A stretch of DNA of 62,223 bases, the filler included, from Nitrospirae bacterium CG2_30_53_67 (lineage in GTDB: Bacteria > CG2-30-53-67), in NCBI GenBank assembly GCA_001873285.1. It is 6 parts of 6 records of this genome, joined end to end, with 100 filler letters (N's around TTAATTAATTAA, not from the genome) between each part and the next. Parts side by side here need not be neighbours in the genome. Positions count along the whole stretch, not along the records: positions 1 to 21,905 come from MNYV01000162.1; 5 more parts are not named here. One strand, given 5' to 3'. The notes beneath the pieces were generated by a model that worked only from the letters and a program-made list of their open reading frames with translations, was not told the DNA's origin and ran no database searches. Shown in pieces: positions 1 through 13,102 of the stretch. How positions within the stretch are numbered: position 1 is the stretch's first letter; each line of letters starts with the position of its first letter. The position numbers and the translations under genes are program-made.

Positions 1-75
1 GCTCCGGCAAGGGAGGCGGTCAAACCCAAGAAGATCGAGATTGAAGTCGCCGGTAAAAAGTCAAAGGCTGCTTAG
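1..75 (+). CDS. C-terminal fragment of a probable Hsp20/alpha-crystallin small heat-shock protein (partial)
   Basis: Frame 1 reads APAREAVKPKKIEIEVAGKKSKAA*; KP-K-IEI matches the sHSP C-terminal IxI motif. Confidence 0.55.
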   Translation, partial: APAREAVKPKKIEIEVAGKKSKAA

Positions 76-283
76 CAGCGATGCCATTCCGTCCCAGCCT
101 TACATTAAAAATTATCCGGCATAACGACGCATCTCTCAATAAGGGGGATGGGTTTTTTATGCGGAGGACGTAATGAAGACCTGCTTGTGACTGCCGGTTT
201 TTGTCCATACATGACAAGCAGGACTTGGGCCGCTTCACTACGAGCAACTACCGTTCCTTTTATTTTTTGACTCCTCATGAACT

Positions 284-976
284 CTATCGGGGTTTATCTG
301 AGGTGGGAGAAATGGTCTCGAGTTTGATGTCATCGTAGTAGGCCACCGCTGACTCTCCGGTGTTGTCGGTATCGGTCATGATGGCGATGGCGCCTGCGTA
401 GGAGGGATCTTTCCCAAAGCATGTTCTGTAATCCTCGAAGACATTTCTTTTTTCCGTAACCCATGTCCCCACCTTTTTTTCTCCGCTTTCCACAGCAATC
501 ATCATGGTTCTTGAATAGTATGGGTTGGGGCATCTCTCCCCCCTGGGGAGTTTGTTGGCCCAGATATAGTTGATGCTCCTGGTCAGGGCCGGGATGAAGT
601 GCGGGAAAACCACATAGACCCGTGCCGCATAATCGTCCCCCTGGCGGGTTCTTTCATCCCCTTTTTGAAGGATGTTTTCCACCTTCCACCGCCAGGTCAG
701 GACCGGATAATCCCTTGTATCGTATTTAATTTTGTAGATAAGGCCGGAAGCCGAGGCATGGCTCTCTGCCTTGAGGCAGCCGCTCCCATCCATCTTGATG
801 ACGGTATACCGGGTCTCTCCCTCGAAAATTTTCTTCTCCCACCGGGTCTTGAGGCCTGCTTCGAAATCGTCGATGAGAACAAAGGGTTCCCTGGCGAATC
901 CTGAGAGGAACAGGGCCGCATACAAGAGAAAAATGCAGAATGCAGACAACCATGTTTTGGTTTTCACTCTTCCCAT
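284..976 (-). CDS. DUF3047 domain exported protein
   Basis: Signal-like N-terminus; motifs LTWRWKV, DDYAARVYV, INYIW, IAIMTDTDNTG. Confidence 0.85.
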   Translation of the reverse strand: MGRVKTKTWLSAFCIFLLYAALFLSGFAREPFVLIDDFEAGLKTRWEKKIFEGETRYTVIKMDGSGCLKAESHASASGLIYKIKYDTRDYPVLTWRWKVENILQKGDERTRQGDDYAARVYVVFPHFIPALTRSINYIWANKLPRGERCPNPYYSRTMMIAVESGEKKVGTWVTEKRNVFEDYRTCFGKDPSYAGAIAIMTDTDNTGESAVAYYDDIKLETISPTSDKPR

Positions 977-1024
977 GGCCCATGAATTTTATTGAAGGAG
1001 TCCCTGTCTCCAGCAGGAATAGAA

Positions 1025-2029
1025 CTATCCCAGCATGAAAACCGCCAGCGTAAAATAAAATACGAGCGTAAGGATGTCCGTCAAAGCAAGCGTTACAGGT
1101 CCTGCTGCGATTTTGGGGTCAAGCCGCAATGCATGCAGCAGGCTGGGGATGCTCAACCCGAATACACAGGCTGCGCACATGGAGAGAACAATGCCCAGGC
1201 CGATCACCCATGCGGCCGCGCCGTCACCTCGCCAGGCCCAGACGATCAGAGCCACGATCGAACCACAGGCCCCCCCAAGCAGCAGGGAGGTGGTAACCTC
1301 GCGCCGCAGCGCCTCGGCATACCATCGAAGGGTAGGCCGAGAGGTGCGGAGAGCCTGAATCGCCACCGTCATGGACTGGACACTTACGCTCTCGCCCAGG
1401 CCCAGCACCAGGGCCATAAAGAAGGCAAGCATCAGATACTGAGACAGGGTCACCTCATAGACGCTTGTCAGCAATGCGCAGATCGTGCCGCCGCTGATGG
1501 CTGCAAGCAGCCACGGAAAGCGGAATCGGAAGGACCTGAACGGTGACGCATCCCGCACCTGTGACACGCGGAATCCAAGTGATTCAAATACGGCATCTGT
1601 TTGCTCCCGCTCGGCCAGGTCGAAGACCTCTTCGGTGAACAGGCTGATGTCCACGATGCCCACCAGATGGCGCTCCTCATCGACCACAGGGAAGGCGAGG
1701 AACTTGTGCATCACGAATAATTCACAGGCTTCCAGCACTGTAGCGGTGTGAGGGATGGCGATGACCCGCTTGATCATGATGTCTGCCAGGCGTTGTTCCA
1801 CAGGAGCGGTAAGCAGCCGGCGTGTAGGCAGGACACCAAGCAGCTGGTTTGCCTCATTGACCATGTAAAAGTAGACGATCTTCTCGCCTGCGCCATGCCG
1901 CCGAATGGCCGACAGGGCCTCCTGTACGGTCATTTCCTGCCGCAAGGATGAGAAGTCCCTGCGGACGTGGGCCAGAATCGGCTCCTGCAGATTGAGTGAT
2001 CGCTGGGTTACAGGCAACGCAAACCCCAT
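1025..2029 (-). CDS. mgtE: MgtE magnesium transporter (CBS pair plus membrane domain, no N-domain)
   Basis: CBS pair, RFPWL, DPKIAAGPVTLALTD motif; start uncertain. Confidence 0.85.
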   Translation of the reverse strand: MGFALPVTQRSLNLQEPILAHVRRDFSSLRQEMTVQEALSAIRRHGAGEKIVYFYMVNEANQLLGVLPTRRLLTAPVEQRLADIMIKRVIAIPHTATVLEACELFVMHKFLAFPVVDEERHLVGIVDISLFTEEVFDLAEREQTDAVFESLGFRVSQVRDASPFRSFRFRFPWLLAAISGGTICALLTSVYEVTLSQYLMLAFFMALVLGLGESVSVQSMTVAIQALRTSRPTLRWYAEALRREVTTSLLLGGACGSIVALIVWAWRGDGAAAWVIGLGIVLSMCAACVFGLSIPSLLHALRLDPKIAAGPVTLALTDILTLVFYFTLAVFMLG

Positions 2030-2319
2030 GCCATGTATTAGGAAACCTGACGAAAGGCCGGCTGATGCCGGCCTTGAAAAATAATACCATCCTAAACGCT
2101 GTTTTACAATGCACAAATAATAAATCAGTCCCATTTCCCCCGGTTCAACTTTATGCTTGAATATTATGCATGACCCTTCATATAATTGAGATAAGTCCCG
2201 GTCCGGGTGTACGGGCGCAACGGCGGCTTCAGGAGCGCAGATTGCATATCCCTTCAATGCCCATAATGAGGTGCATTTCATTGCCCCCTTGTATCAGCAG
2301 GCCGGCCCGCCCTTCAAAA

Positions 2320-2790
2320 ATGATCGGGGGAATGGTCGCTCTCTTGCTTTTTGTCCTCATGGGCTGCGCCCCCAGGCCTCTCATCCGGCCGGAGATCCCC
2401 GGCGCCCGGAGCCTGGGCGATGTTGAAGATCGGATCCGGGCCGAGGCCGAGGCATGGGAGAAGACCCCTCACGTTCTCGGCGGGGCGGGCAAGGACGGCA
2501 TAGACTGTTCCGGTTTCGTGGCGCTCGTGAATCAGAAACTTTTTGGGATCGAACTTCCCCGCACGGCTGAAGAACAGGCGGGAACGGGTACGCCGGTTCC
2601 GAGAAAACAGCTTCAGGCCGGGGACCTTGTTTTTTTTATGCCGTCTTCAAAGAAGCCCCATGTGGGGATCTATTTGAGCCGCGGGGAATTCGTTCATGTG
2701 TCCAGCAGCAGGGGCGTCATGATCTCAAACGTCCATGATCCTTATTGGTGGGATTGTTACTGGACGGCGCGGCGTATCCTTCAGATGTGA
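2320..2790 (+). CDS. NlpC/P60 (C40) cell-wall peptidase lipoprotein
   Basis: Lipobox-like LMGC; GIDCSGFV, LPRTA, GDLVFF, HVGIY motifs; start uncertain. Confidence 0.9.
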   Translation: MIGGMVALLLFVLMGCAPRPLIRPEIPGARSLGDVEDRIRAEAEAWEKTPHVLGGAGKDGIDCSGFVALVNQKLFGIELPRTAEEQAGTGTPVPRKQLQAGDLVFFMPSSKKPHVGIYLSRGEFVHVSSSRGVMISNVHDPYWWDCYWTARRILQM

Positions 2791-2813
2791 CAGCAGGGTA
2801 ATATCAAAAGCTA

Positions 2814-2968
2814 ACCACAGAGAACACAGAGAAATACTTTATGTTTTTAAAAAAACCGTCAGAAGAAAAAAATGAATAGCCACATTTCGTTTGAGAGGAC
2901 ACAGAGGTGGAAAACCTAAATCTTGCCTGCTTGTTGGTATCCAAGAAATACTCTGTGTTCTCTGTGGT
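2814..2968. repeat. Intergenic element bounded by a perfect 18-bp inverted repeat (MITE-like)
   Basis: ACCACAGAGAACACAGAG (2814-2831) and CTCTGTGTTCTCTGTGGT (2951-2968). Confidence 0.7.
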
Positions 2969-3007
2969 CAGCTTTTAAGAATACGAACCTTAGAACGAGG
3001 AGGCTTC

Positions 3008-4312
3008 ATGGACAGGAGACAAGGGGACTCGCTTCCATCCATTCAGGATGCCGAGCTGGAAGACAAGACCGTGCTGGTCCGTTTTGATCACAATGTGGTG
3101 AAGAACGGCGAGATCAAGGACCCCTTCAGGATAGACCGGACCATCGGGACCCTTTTCCATATTGTCGAGAGGGGCGGCCGGCCCATCCTCATGACCCATA
3201 TCGGGAGGCCCCGGGACAAGGAGACAGGAAAGATCCAATGCAGGGAAGGGGAGTCGGTCAGGCCGATCGTTGACTATATCGAACAGAAGCTGCATACACG
3301 GTTCTTTGTCCCCGAGTTTGAAATTGATCCTGAAAAGGGAATCATGGGCATTGATACCTCCATCAATATCGCCATACGGGAGCTGCGCAGCAGGAAGGTC
3401 AGCGGCATCTATCTCCCCAACACCCGATGGTTCTTCGGTGAGGAGGCCAAAGGCCCCGAGCGGGAGAGGTTCGCCCTCCAGCTCGCCGGGCTTGCCGATA
3501 TCTACGTCAATGACGCCTTTGGCTCATGGCAGCCCCATGCATCCACCTATGACATCGTCAGGCATCTGCCGTCGTGCGCCGGGTTTCTCATGCAGCAGGA
3601 GATCAAGAACCTGGATCGGGTGCTCGAACCCGAGAGGCCTTTCCTTGCCGTGGTGGCCGGGGCGAAATATGATACCAAGATCGGGCCTCTTTACGCCATC
3701 TATGATAAGGTCGACCGGATCATCCTCGGCGGTGTGATCTACAACACCTATCTCTGTGCAAGATACGGTGTCAGGATCAAGGGCGTTTCCGATTCAGACA
3801 TCAACCTTGCGCGGGAACTTGTTGAAAAGGACAAGGTCACAAAGAAGATCATCGAGCTTCCATTCATCGTGGAGTCGGATACGCTTGAAGGGAGAAAAGA
3901 GGGGCATTACAAGACCATCTCCGTTTCGGATTTTAAAAGCGGTCGGGAGTACGGCTATATCGCCGATATAGACCCGGCTTCGTTCAGAGACGGGAAGGTG
4001 CATGCGACCATTCTCGATGCCCGTACGATCCTCGTCAATGCCGTCATGGGATTTACGCCTCATTTCATTGAAGGCTCTCAGGCCTTGGACCATACGATTG
4101 ACGAGAACAGGGACGCGATCAAGATGTACGGCGGCGGGGACACGCTTCAGGAGTTCAAAAACCTCTGTCCCGGTCTCTATCTTTCGGTGATGGACAATGC
4201 AAGATACTATTTCTTCACCGGGGGCGGGACCGTGCTCACCGCCATCGGAAAAGGGAGCCCCTACGGATTGCAGCCGATACGCGCCCTGATTGAAAAAGGC
4301 GGCCGGGGGTAG
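3008..4312 (+). CDS. pgk: Phosphoglycerate kinase (divergent type)
   Basis: VLVRFDHNV, THIGRP, YVNDAFG, GGGDT and TGGG motifs; RBS GAGGAGG. Confidence 0.9.
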   Translation: MDRRQGDSLPSIQDAELEDKTVLVRFDHNVVKNGEIKDPFRIDRTIGTLFHIVERGGRPILMTHIGRPRDKETGKIQCREGESVRPIVDYIEQKLHTRFFVPEFEIDPEKGIMGIDTSINIAIRELRSRKVSGIYLPNTRWFFGEEAKGPERERFALQLAGLADIYVNDAFGSWQPHASTYDIVRHLPSCAGFLMQQEIKNLDRVLEPERPFLAVVAGAKYDTKIGPLYAIYDKVDRIILGGVIYNTYLCARYGVRIKGVSDSDINLARELVEKDKVTKKIIELPFIVESDTLEGRKEGHYKTISVSDFKSGREYGYIADIDPASFRDGKVHATILDARTILVNAVMGFTPHFIEGSQALDHTIDENRDAIKMYGGGDTLQEFKNLCPGLYLSVMDNARYYFFTGGGTVLTAIGKGSPYGLQPIRALIEKGGRG

Positions 4313-4364
4313 GGGATCTCCGGCAGAGGTCTCCGGTCAGGGTGTTTGTTCCCCGGTCTCCCGG

Positions 4365-4784
4365 CTAACGCCAGCCCACAGGCATGTATCCCCTGTCCCG
4401 CAGGCACTGATCCACAAACTGCCGAAGGACCGGGTCGGGGTCACGGGCATGCAGGAGCCCGTGCATGAATCCGCCTGCACTGCCGCCCGCCGCGCCTGCC
4501 GCGGCGCCCCGCCCGAACTCGCCTGTGACCGCACCCACCGCTGCGCCGGTGACGGTACCGACCGCGGCGCCGGCTGCGGTGTCACCCGCCACTTTGGCCT
4601 CCGGATGCGCCTTGACCCCGTGTTCGGCGGCGAACCGCATGCAATCGTCGAGGTCCCGCTGTGCCGCCGCCGTCCCCACTTCACGCAGATGGGGATTGGG
4701 GTAAAGGACCGGCCTCATGGGGGCGCATCCTGTGAGGACAAAGGCCGTGGTGACCGTGATCAAAAATACGGCTGAAAATTTCAT
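4365..4784 (-). CDS. Glycine-zipper lipoprotein
   Basis: Lipobox LTGC; GAAVG/GAAAG glycine zipper; C-terminal CLRDRGY. Confidence 0.8.
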   Translation of the reverse strand: MKFSAVFLITVTTAFVLTGCAPMRPVLYPNPHLREVGTAAAQRDLDDCMRFAAEHGVKAHPEAKVAGDTAAGAAVGTVTGAAVGAVTGEFGRGAAAGAAGGSAGGFMHGLLHARDPDPVLRQFVDQCLRDRGYMPVGWR

Positions 4785-5042
4785 GGTTTCTCCTTTTGCT
4801 TTCCAGGTTTCTCCTCCCTCGAAACAGACAGAGAAGAAAGTTTTCCCGTTACGGGGCTCTCCCTTGCAAAGTAAACATAGTATACATCCGGATCAGAATC
4901 AAGTGGAAGAAGTCGGTCCCTCTCAATAGGATTGTATTTCTGTCTGTATTGTATTATGATTTCACTCCGGTATTCTTCTTGGATCGGGTTTCAGCCGGGG
5001 ATGACCGGGAACAAACAGGACGGGATGCATGAGGAGATCAAA

Positions 5043-5474
5043 GTGAGAAAATGGATTCTCATGGTTTTTTCAGCAGCGGTTGCTTTTCTCGTGGCCGCTC
5101 AGTTGATCCCTTTGAAGAGGACGAATCCCCCGGTGGAAACGGATGTCTCGGTCCCCGATGATGTCAATCTCATCTTGCGCCGTGCCTGCTATGACTGCCA
5201 CTCCCATGAGACGGTCTGGCCCTGGTACAGCCGGGTGGCCCCTGCATCATGGCTTGTCGTGTCGGATGTGCACAGGGCCCGGAATAAACTCAATTTTTCC
5301 AAATGGGACAGATTGGATGGTCGGCATCAGATCAAAATGATGAAAGAATGCTGGCAGAAGGTTTCCGAGAAGGAAATGCCTCCCCTGATTTACCTGCTCG
5401 CTCATCCTGATGCACGACTCACCCCTGCGGATCGTGAGCTTATCCATCAGTGGTCTCTTAGTGAGGGTCTTTAA
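5043..5474 (+). CDS. Haem-binding domain (Haem_bd) c-type cytochrome
   Basis: ACYDCHS heme motif, WPWYS, LNFSKW, EMPP; GAGGAG RBS before GTG. Confidence 0.85.
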   Translation: MRKWILMVFSAAVAFLVAAQLIPLKRTNPPVETDVSVPDDVNLILRRACYDCHSHETVWPWYSRVAPASWLVVSDVHRARNKLNFSKWDRLDGRHQIKMMKECWQKVSEKEMPPLIYLLAHPDARLTPADRELIHQWSLSEGL

Positions 5475-5489
5475 CCCGGATTCTTGAAT

Positions 5490-9052
<3,563 letters not shown>

Positions 9053-9272
9053 ACGCCGACTCAATATGGGGTTGGCATCATAAAAAAAGAGGTTATTTAA
9101 GCCGGCGGAGATGTTTTTTTTTAAAAAATACTCTTCAAGCGCTTTACAAATCCGGTAGAATATGGTTAATAGAATATGAACGGTGTCATGAAAAAAAGGA
9201 GATCTAACAAAGACTGCACGGAAAGGCATATTTTTTTATGCCGAGACCCTGCCGATGAAGAAGGCCGCTTTT

Positions 9273-9572
9273 ATGAAAAAGAATTGCTGGGAGTATATGA
9301 AGTGCGACAGAGGACCGGACGAAGGCAAGGCGGAGACCTTGGGCCTCTGCCCGGCCGCCAACGAAGTGAGGCTGAACGGAGTGCATGGCGGCATGAATGC
9401 CGGAAGGGCCTGCTGGGTGGTTCCAGGGACGTGTTGCGATGACTTCGGGACCCATGATGCCGGCACGGTCTTTAAGACCTGTACGGATTGTGATTTTTAT
9501 AAGCTCGTCAAACAGGAAGAACATCCGAAGTTTATTTTTTCAGGGGTTCTTCTCAAGAACTTAATGTCATGA
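9273..9572 (+). CDS. Two-CW domain Cys-rich small protein
   Basis: NCWEYMKC, CPA, GRACWVVPGTCC, CTDCDFY pattern. Confidence 0.75.
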   Translation: MKKNCWEYMKCDRGPDEGKAETLGLCPAANEVRLNGVHGGMNAGRACWVVPGTCCDDFGTHDAGTVFKTCTDCDFYKLVKQEEHPKFIFSGVLLKNLMS

Positions 9573-9689
9573 GCCTTCATACCTTGTCCTACTCTGCCGG
9601 GTCATGAATGGATTCATCATGCTTCATCCTCCTCCTCTTTTAACCAGACCGATGGATGGGACGGATTACGTCCGTAAGGAAATAGTCTC

Positions 9690-10607
9690 TTGATCAGGAC
9701 ATACGCCTTATTCTGCTTGATGGTCCTTTTTGTCGTTCTTGTGCTCCCGATCCAGGCCTTCTGCACCGAGGACTATGCCGGAGAAACAGGCAGGGCTTGC
9801 CGGACATGCCATCTCAGTCCTGCCGGAGGCGGAACGCTCACGGCATCAGGGGAGTCCTTCCGGGACGAGTTGAGGGCCAAAGGCCGGGACCGGCCTCTCA
9901 ACCCCATCCAGCATATCGTACGGTTCATCATCGGATATCTTCATATGCTTACGGCGGTTATCTGGTTCGGCACGATCCTCTATGTGCATCTCTTATTGAA
10001 ACCGGCCTATGCGGCAAGGGGCCTTCCCAAAGGGGAGCTATGGCTCGGATGGGTTTCCATTGCCATTATGGCCGTGACCGGTACGCTCCTCACCATTGCC
10101 CGGGTCCCTTCCTGGTATGTGTTCTTTCATACAAGATTCGGGATCCTGCTCCTGATCAAGATATCGCTTTTTATCGTCATGGTCGCTGCAGCGACACTCG
10201 TTACCTTTGTGATCGGCCCGAAATTAAAGAAGAGAAAAGAGTCGAAGACCCGGCAGCAAAAGCGGGACCTCACACCGGAGGAGGTTTCCGAGTTCGACGG
10301 CAAGGAGGGAAGACCGGCCTATATTGTTTTTCGGAAAACGGTCTATGATGTCACTCAGAGCAAATTCTGGAAAAAGGGAAGTCATATGGAGAGGCACCAG
10401 GCCGGCGCCGATCTGACGGATCTGCTGAAACAGGCCCCCCACGGGGAGGACAATATCCTTCCCATGCCGGTCGTGGGAAAGCTTCTTGCTTCTTCGGAGA
10501 AGAGGGGGAAGCCGCCGGAGATCAGGGTCTTTTATTTTTTTGCCTACATGAACCTCGTCATTGTCTTCATGATCATTTTTATCATTGCCCTTTGGCGGTG
10601 GTGGTGA
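9690..10607 (+). CDS. Membrane protein: N-terminal CxxCH, CopD-like TM domain and cytochrome b5-like domain
   Basis: CRTCH; HMLTAVIWFG TM helices; FDGKEGRPAY..VYDVT..HQAGADLT..APHG. Confidence 0.8.
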   Translation: MIRTYALFCLMVLFVVLVLPIQAFCTEDYAGETGRACRTCHLSPAGGGTLTASGESFRDELRAKGRDRPLNPIQHIVRFIIGYLHMLTAVIWFGTILYVHLLLKPAYAARGLPKGELWLGWVSIAIMAVTGTLLTIARVPSWYVFFHTRFGILLLIKISLFIVMVAAATLVTFVIGPKLKKRKESKTRQQKRDLTPEEVSEFDGKEGRPAYIVFRKTVYDVTQSKFWKKGSHMERHQAGADLTDLLKQAPHGEDNILPMPVVGKLLASSEKRGKPPEIRVFYFFAYMNLVIVFMIIFIIALWRWW

Positions 10608-10696
10608 AAATAAACAGCACGCGCATTTCCCGTCTTTTTCTGCCTGGGCAGCAAGTGCATATAAATAAAGAAAAAATTCATCAATAATAAATAATT

Positions 10697-10726
10697 CTTG
10701 ACAAGTCAAGATTTCTGGTGTATTCT
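10697..10726 (+). promoter_or_regulatory. Sigma70-like promoter with a palindrome over the -35 box
   Basis: TTGACA-17-TATTCT; CTTGAC-AA-GTCAAG palindrome. Confidence 0.55.
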
Positions 10727-10919
10727 ACCAGCATGATTGAACGACGCTATAAATCGACGGAATCTCTTGACGGGGTCATTGATCTCGAACGTTTGAGATC
10801 AGGACCGACCGACAGCCTGGAGAGCGGCGGATTTCAGGGGCGAGAAGCGCATGAGGACTGCTCGGCGCTATGCTGGATGCAACCATCAAAGGCGCTTATT
10901 TGATGAGTGGAGTCAAACC

Positions 10920-11162
10920 GTGAAACGAAAAGTCGGAACACTCCTTGAAGAAGACGTGCTGCGCAAGGCCAAGCGCCGGGCGGTTGACGAAGGACGTCCT
11001 CTGAGCGATCTGATTCAGGATGCGCTGGAAAGCTACCTCTCAACACGAGCCGTCGACCCGGCAAAGAGCGACGCGGCCTATCAGCTTTATTGCGAGCGGC
11101 CGATAAAGCTTACCTCGGCAAAGCTCAAGGCAGTCATGGAGGAAGATGCATGGGATCTGTAA
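10920..11162 (+). CDS. Ribbon-helix-helix antitoxin (VapB-like)
   Basis: KRKVGTLLEEDVLRKAKRRA..RPLSDLIQDAL; overlaps downstream PIN gene. Confidence 0.75.
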   Translation: MKRKVGTLLEEDVLRKAKRRAVDEGRPLSDLIQDALESYLSTRAVDPAKSDAAYQLYCERPIKLTSAKLKAVMEEDAWDL

Positions 11163-11665
11163 ACCTCGACGATATCCCGGCCGGCAGCCTCTGCATGATC
11201 GATACGAACGTTCTGCTCTATGCGGAACAGAATGTTTCAGATCAGGCGCAGAGATTTATCCGGCGCTGTGCCAAGGGCGAGCTGAGCGGCGTTCTGCCGC
11301 AAACAGTCTGGCAGGAATTGACGCATAAGCTCATGCTCGCAGAGGCCATGATGAAAGGGGCCATCGCAAAAGGCAATCCCGCAGCGCGTCTTGCGGCAAA
11401 ACCCGAAATCATCAAGGGGCTGAGCCTCTATCGCGCCAAAGTAAATGCGCTTTCTGACCTCGGACTAAGGTTCGCGGCCTGCACGCTGGAAGACCTTACG
11501 AAGACTGCGTTCAAGATGCAGGAGAAGTACGGATTTCTTACAAATGATGCAGTGGTGCTGGCAGTGGCGATGCGGCTGAAGGCGGATGTGCTGGTGTCAA
11601 GCGATAAGGCATTCCATGGAGTGACGGAGGTGGCGGTCCATTATCCCACGGATTTGCGTCTTTGA
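11150..11665 (+). CDS. PIN-domain (VapC-like) toxin
   Basis: IDTNVL, LTNDA, SSDKAF acidic PIN motifs. Confidence 0.85.
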   Translation: MGSVNLDDIPAGSLCMIDTNVLLYAEQNVSDQAQRFIRRCAKGELSGVLPQTVWQELTHKLMLAEAMMKGAIAKGNPAARLAAKPEIIKGLSLYRAKVNALSDLGLRFAACTLEDLTKTAFKMQEKYGFLTNDAVVLAVAMRLKADVLVSSDKAFHGVTEVAVHYPTDLRL

Positions 11666-11786
11666 TTTTTCCAAACCTCAACATGGGCAAGTTTGCCGAA
11701 TTGAAACCATTTCAATATATAACGCTCAAACGCGGCGGCAATGTCCGCGTCAAGACACGGCCGGAGTGGGGAGTCGGAGGCTGAAT

Positions 11787-12704
11787 ATGATCTTTATTGC
11801 CGGAGCAACAGGTTTTGTGGGGAGGCATATCCTCGACGCGCTTCAGCGGGAAAGAGCGGCTGTACGATGCCTTGTCCGTGACGAGAACAAGGCAGACTGG
11901 GTGCGTTCCCTGGGGTTTGAAGCCGTCCAGGGAGACATCACGGATGCGGACTCACTGCATGGGGCTTTGGATGGGGCCGAGACCATTGTCCATCTGGTGG
12001 GGATCATCGAAGAAAATGCAAAGAGCACGTTTGAATCCGTGCATGTACAAGGGACCCGGAACCTTGTGAACGAGTCGGTCTCAAGCGGTGTAAAACGGAT
12101 TTTTTATCAGTCGGCCCTGGGGGCCGATATCCAGTCTCCCTTCGCGTACCTTAAGACCAAGGCCGAGGCTGAGAAGATTGTTGTCTCATCGGATATCCCC
12201 TATACGATCTTTAAACCCTCACTCATTGTGGGGAAGGGGGACGGGTTTACGGAAAGGATGAGGAAGCTCATTTCTGCCGGGCCTGTGGTTCCTGTGCCGG
12301 GCAGCGGCCTGGCCAGGTTTCAGCCGCTCTATATCCGGGACTGGCTCGAGTGCTTCCGTCTGGCATTGATCCATGGAGTCTCCGGGAACAGGATCTACGA
12401 GTTTGGAGGCCCTGAGCAGCTCACCTATAATGAGATATTGAAAGAGATCATGGATGTGCTGGAGATAAAAAAGCCGGTCATCCATATCCCCATGGGGGTT
12501 GTTAGGTTATCGCTCCCCTTCATGGGAGCGGTCCGATCCGTTGCCTCGGCCCTGGGCCGGGAGATCCCTCCGGTGACGGACGAGCTTCTCTCCCTGTTGG
12601 GCATGGACAATGTCTGCGATAAGGATTCGATCCGGAAGCATTTCGGATTCACACCGAGCCGGTTCAAAGAGGCATTGAGGGAGTTTCTGCAAGTCAGCCC
12701 ATGA
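11787..12704 (+). CDS. NAD-dependent epimerase/SDR, complex I NDUFA9-like
   Basis: GATGFVG Rossmann motif, HLVGII, SALGA, YLKTK. Confidence 0.88.
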   Translation: MIFIAGATGFVGRHILDALQRERAAVRCLVRDENKADWVRSLGFEAVQGDITDADSLHGALDGAETIVHLVGIIEENAKSTFESVHVQGTRNLVNESVSSGVKRIFYQSALGADIQSPFAYLKTKAEAEKIVVSSDIPYTIFKPSLIVGKGDGFTERMRKLISAGPVVPVPGSGLARFQPLYIRDWLECFRLALIHGVSGNRIYEFGGPEQLTYNEILKEIMDVLEIKKPVIHIPMGVVRLSLPFMGAVRSVASALGREIPPVTDELLSLLGMDNVCDKDSIRKHFGFTPSRFKEALREFLQVSP

Positions 12705-12741
12705 AAGAGAGGTTCGGGCGTTCGGAATCGCCGGCCATCTT

Positions 12742-12987
12742 TTATCCCTCCTTCTCGGCCTGGAAACGGCTTTCCAGGAATCGGACGATGTCATCCGATT
12801 CATACATGGGCTTATCATCAATGAAGAGACAAGGGATTTGATACATCCCCCCATCCCGTATAAGCCGCATCATATTCGGCGGCCAGAGAATATTTCTATA
12901 GACCACATCCGCCTTTAATCTCCTGACGGCCCTCCGGACCTTCATGCAGTAGGGTCAGGTGGGAAACTGGTAGAGTTCGAGCTTCAC
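12742..12987 (-). CDS. Selenocysteine-containing glutaredoxin (UPYC)
   Basis: GGAGG RBS, GTG start, KLELYQFPT-TGA(12955-12957)-PYC in frame with QIPCLFID..YESDDI; downstream hairpin. Confidence 0.82.
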
Positions 12988-13102
12988 AGGAATCCCTCCG
13001 GATCGTGATTTTCCAACCGTATGTTTCAGTCTATCACGGCCTGATCCATTGTCAAGCACGCCGAAAGAAAACAATATTAAACCAGTCCGCAAATACTTTT
13101 TG

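Noticed and set aside
10718..10903. 61-aa ORF before the antitoxin
   Set aside because: No recognisable family or RBS; possibly a decayed fragment
11715..11760. Possible attC after the PIN toxin (ATATAAC plus ACGCGG/CCGCGT hairpin)
   Set aside because: No matching GTT right core site found
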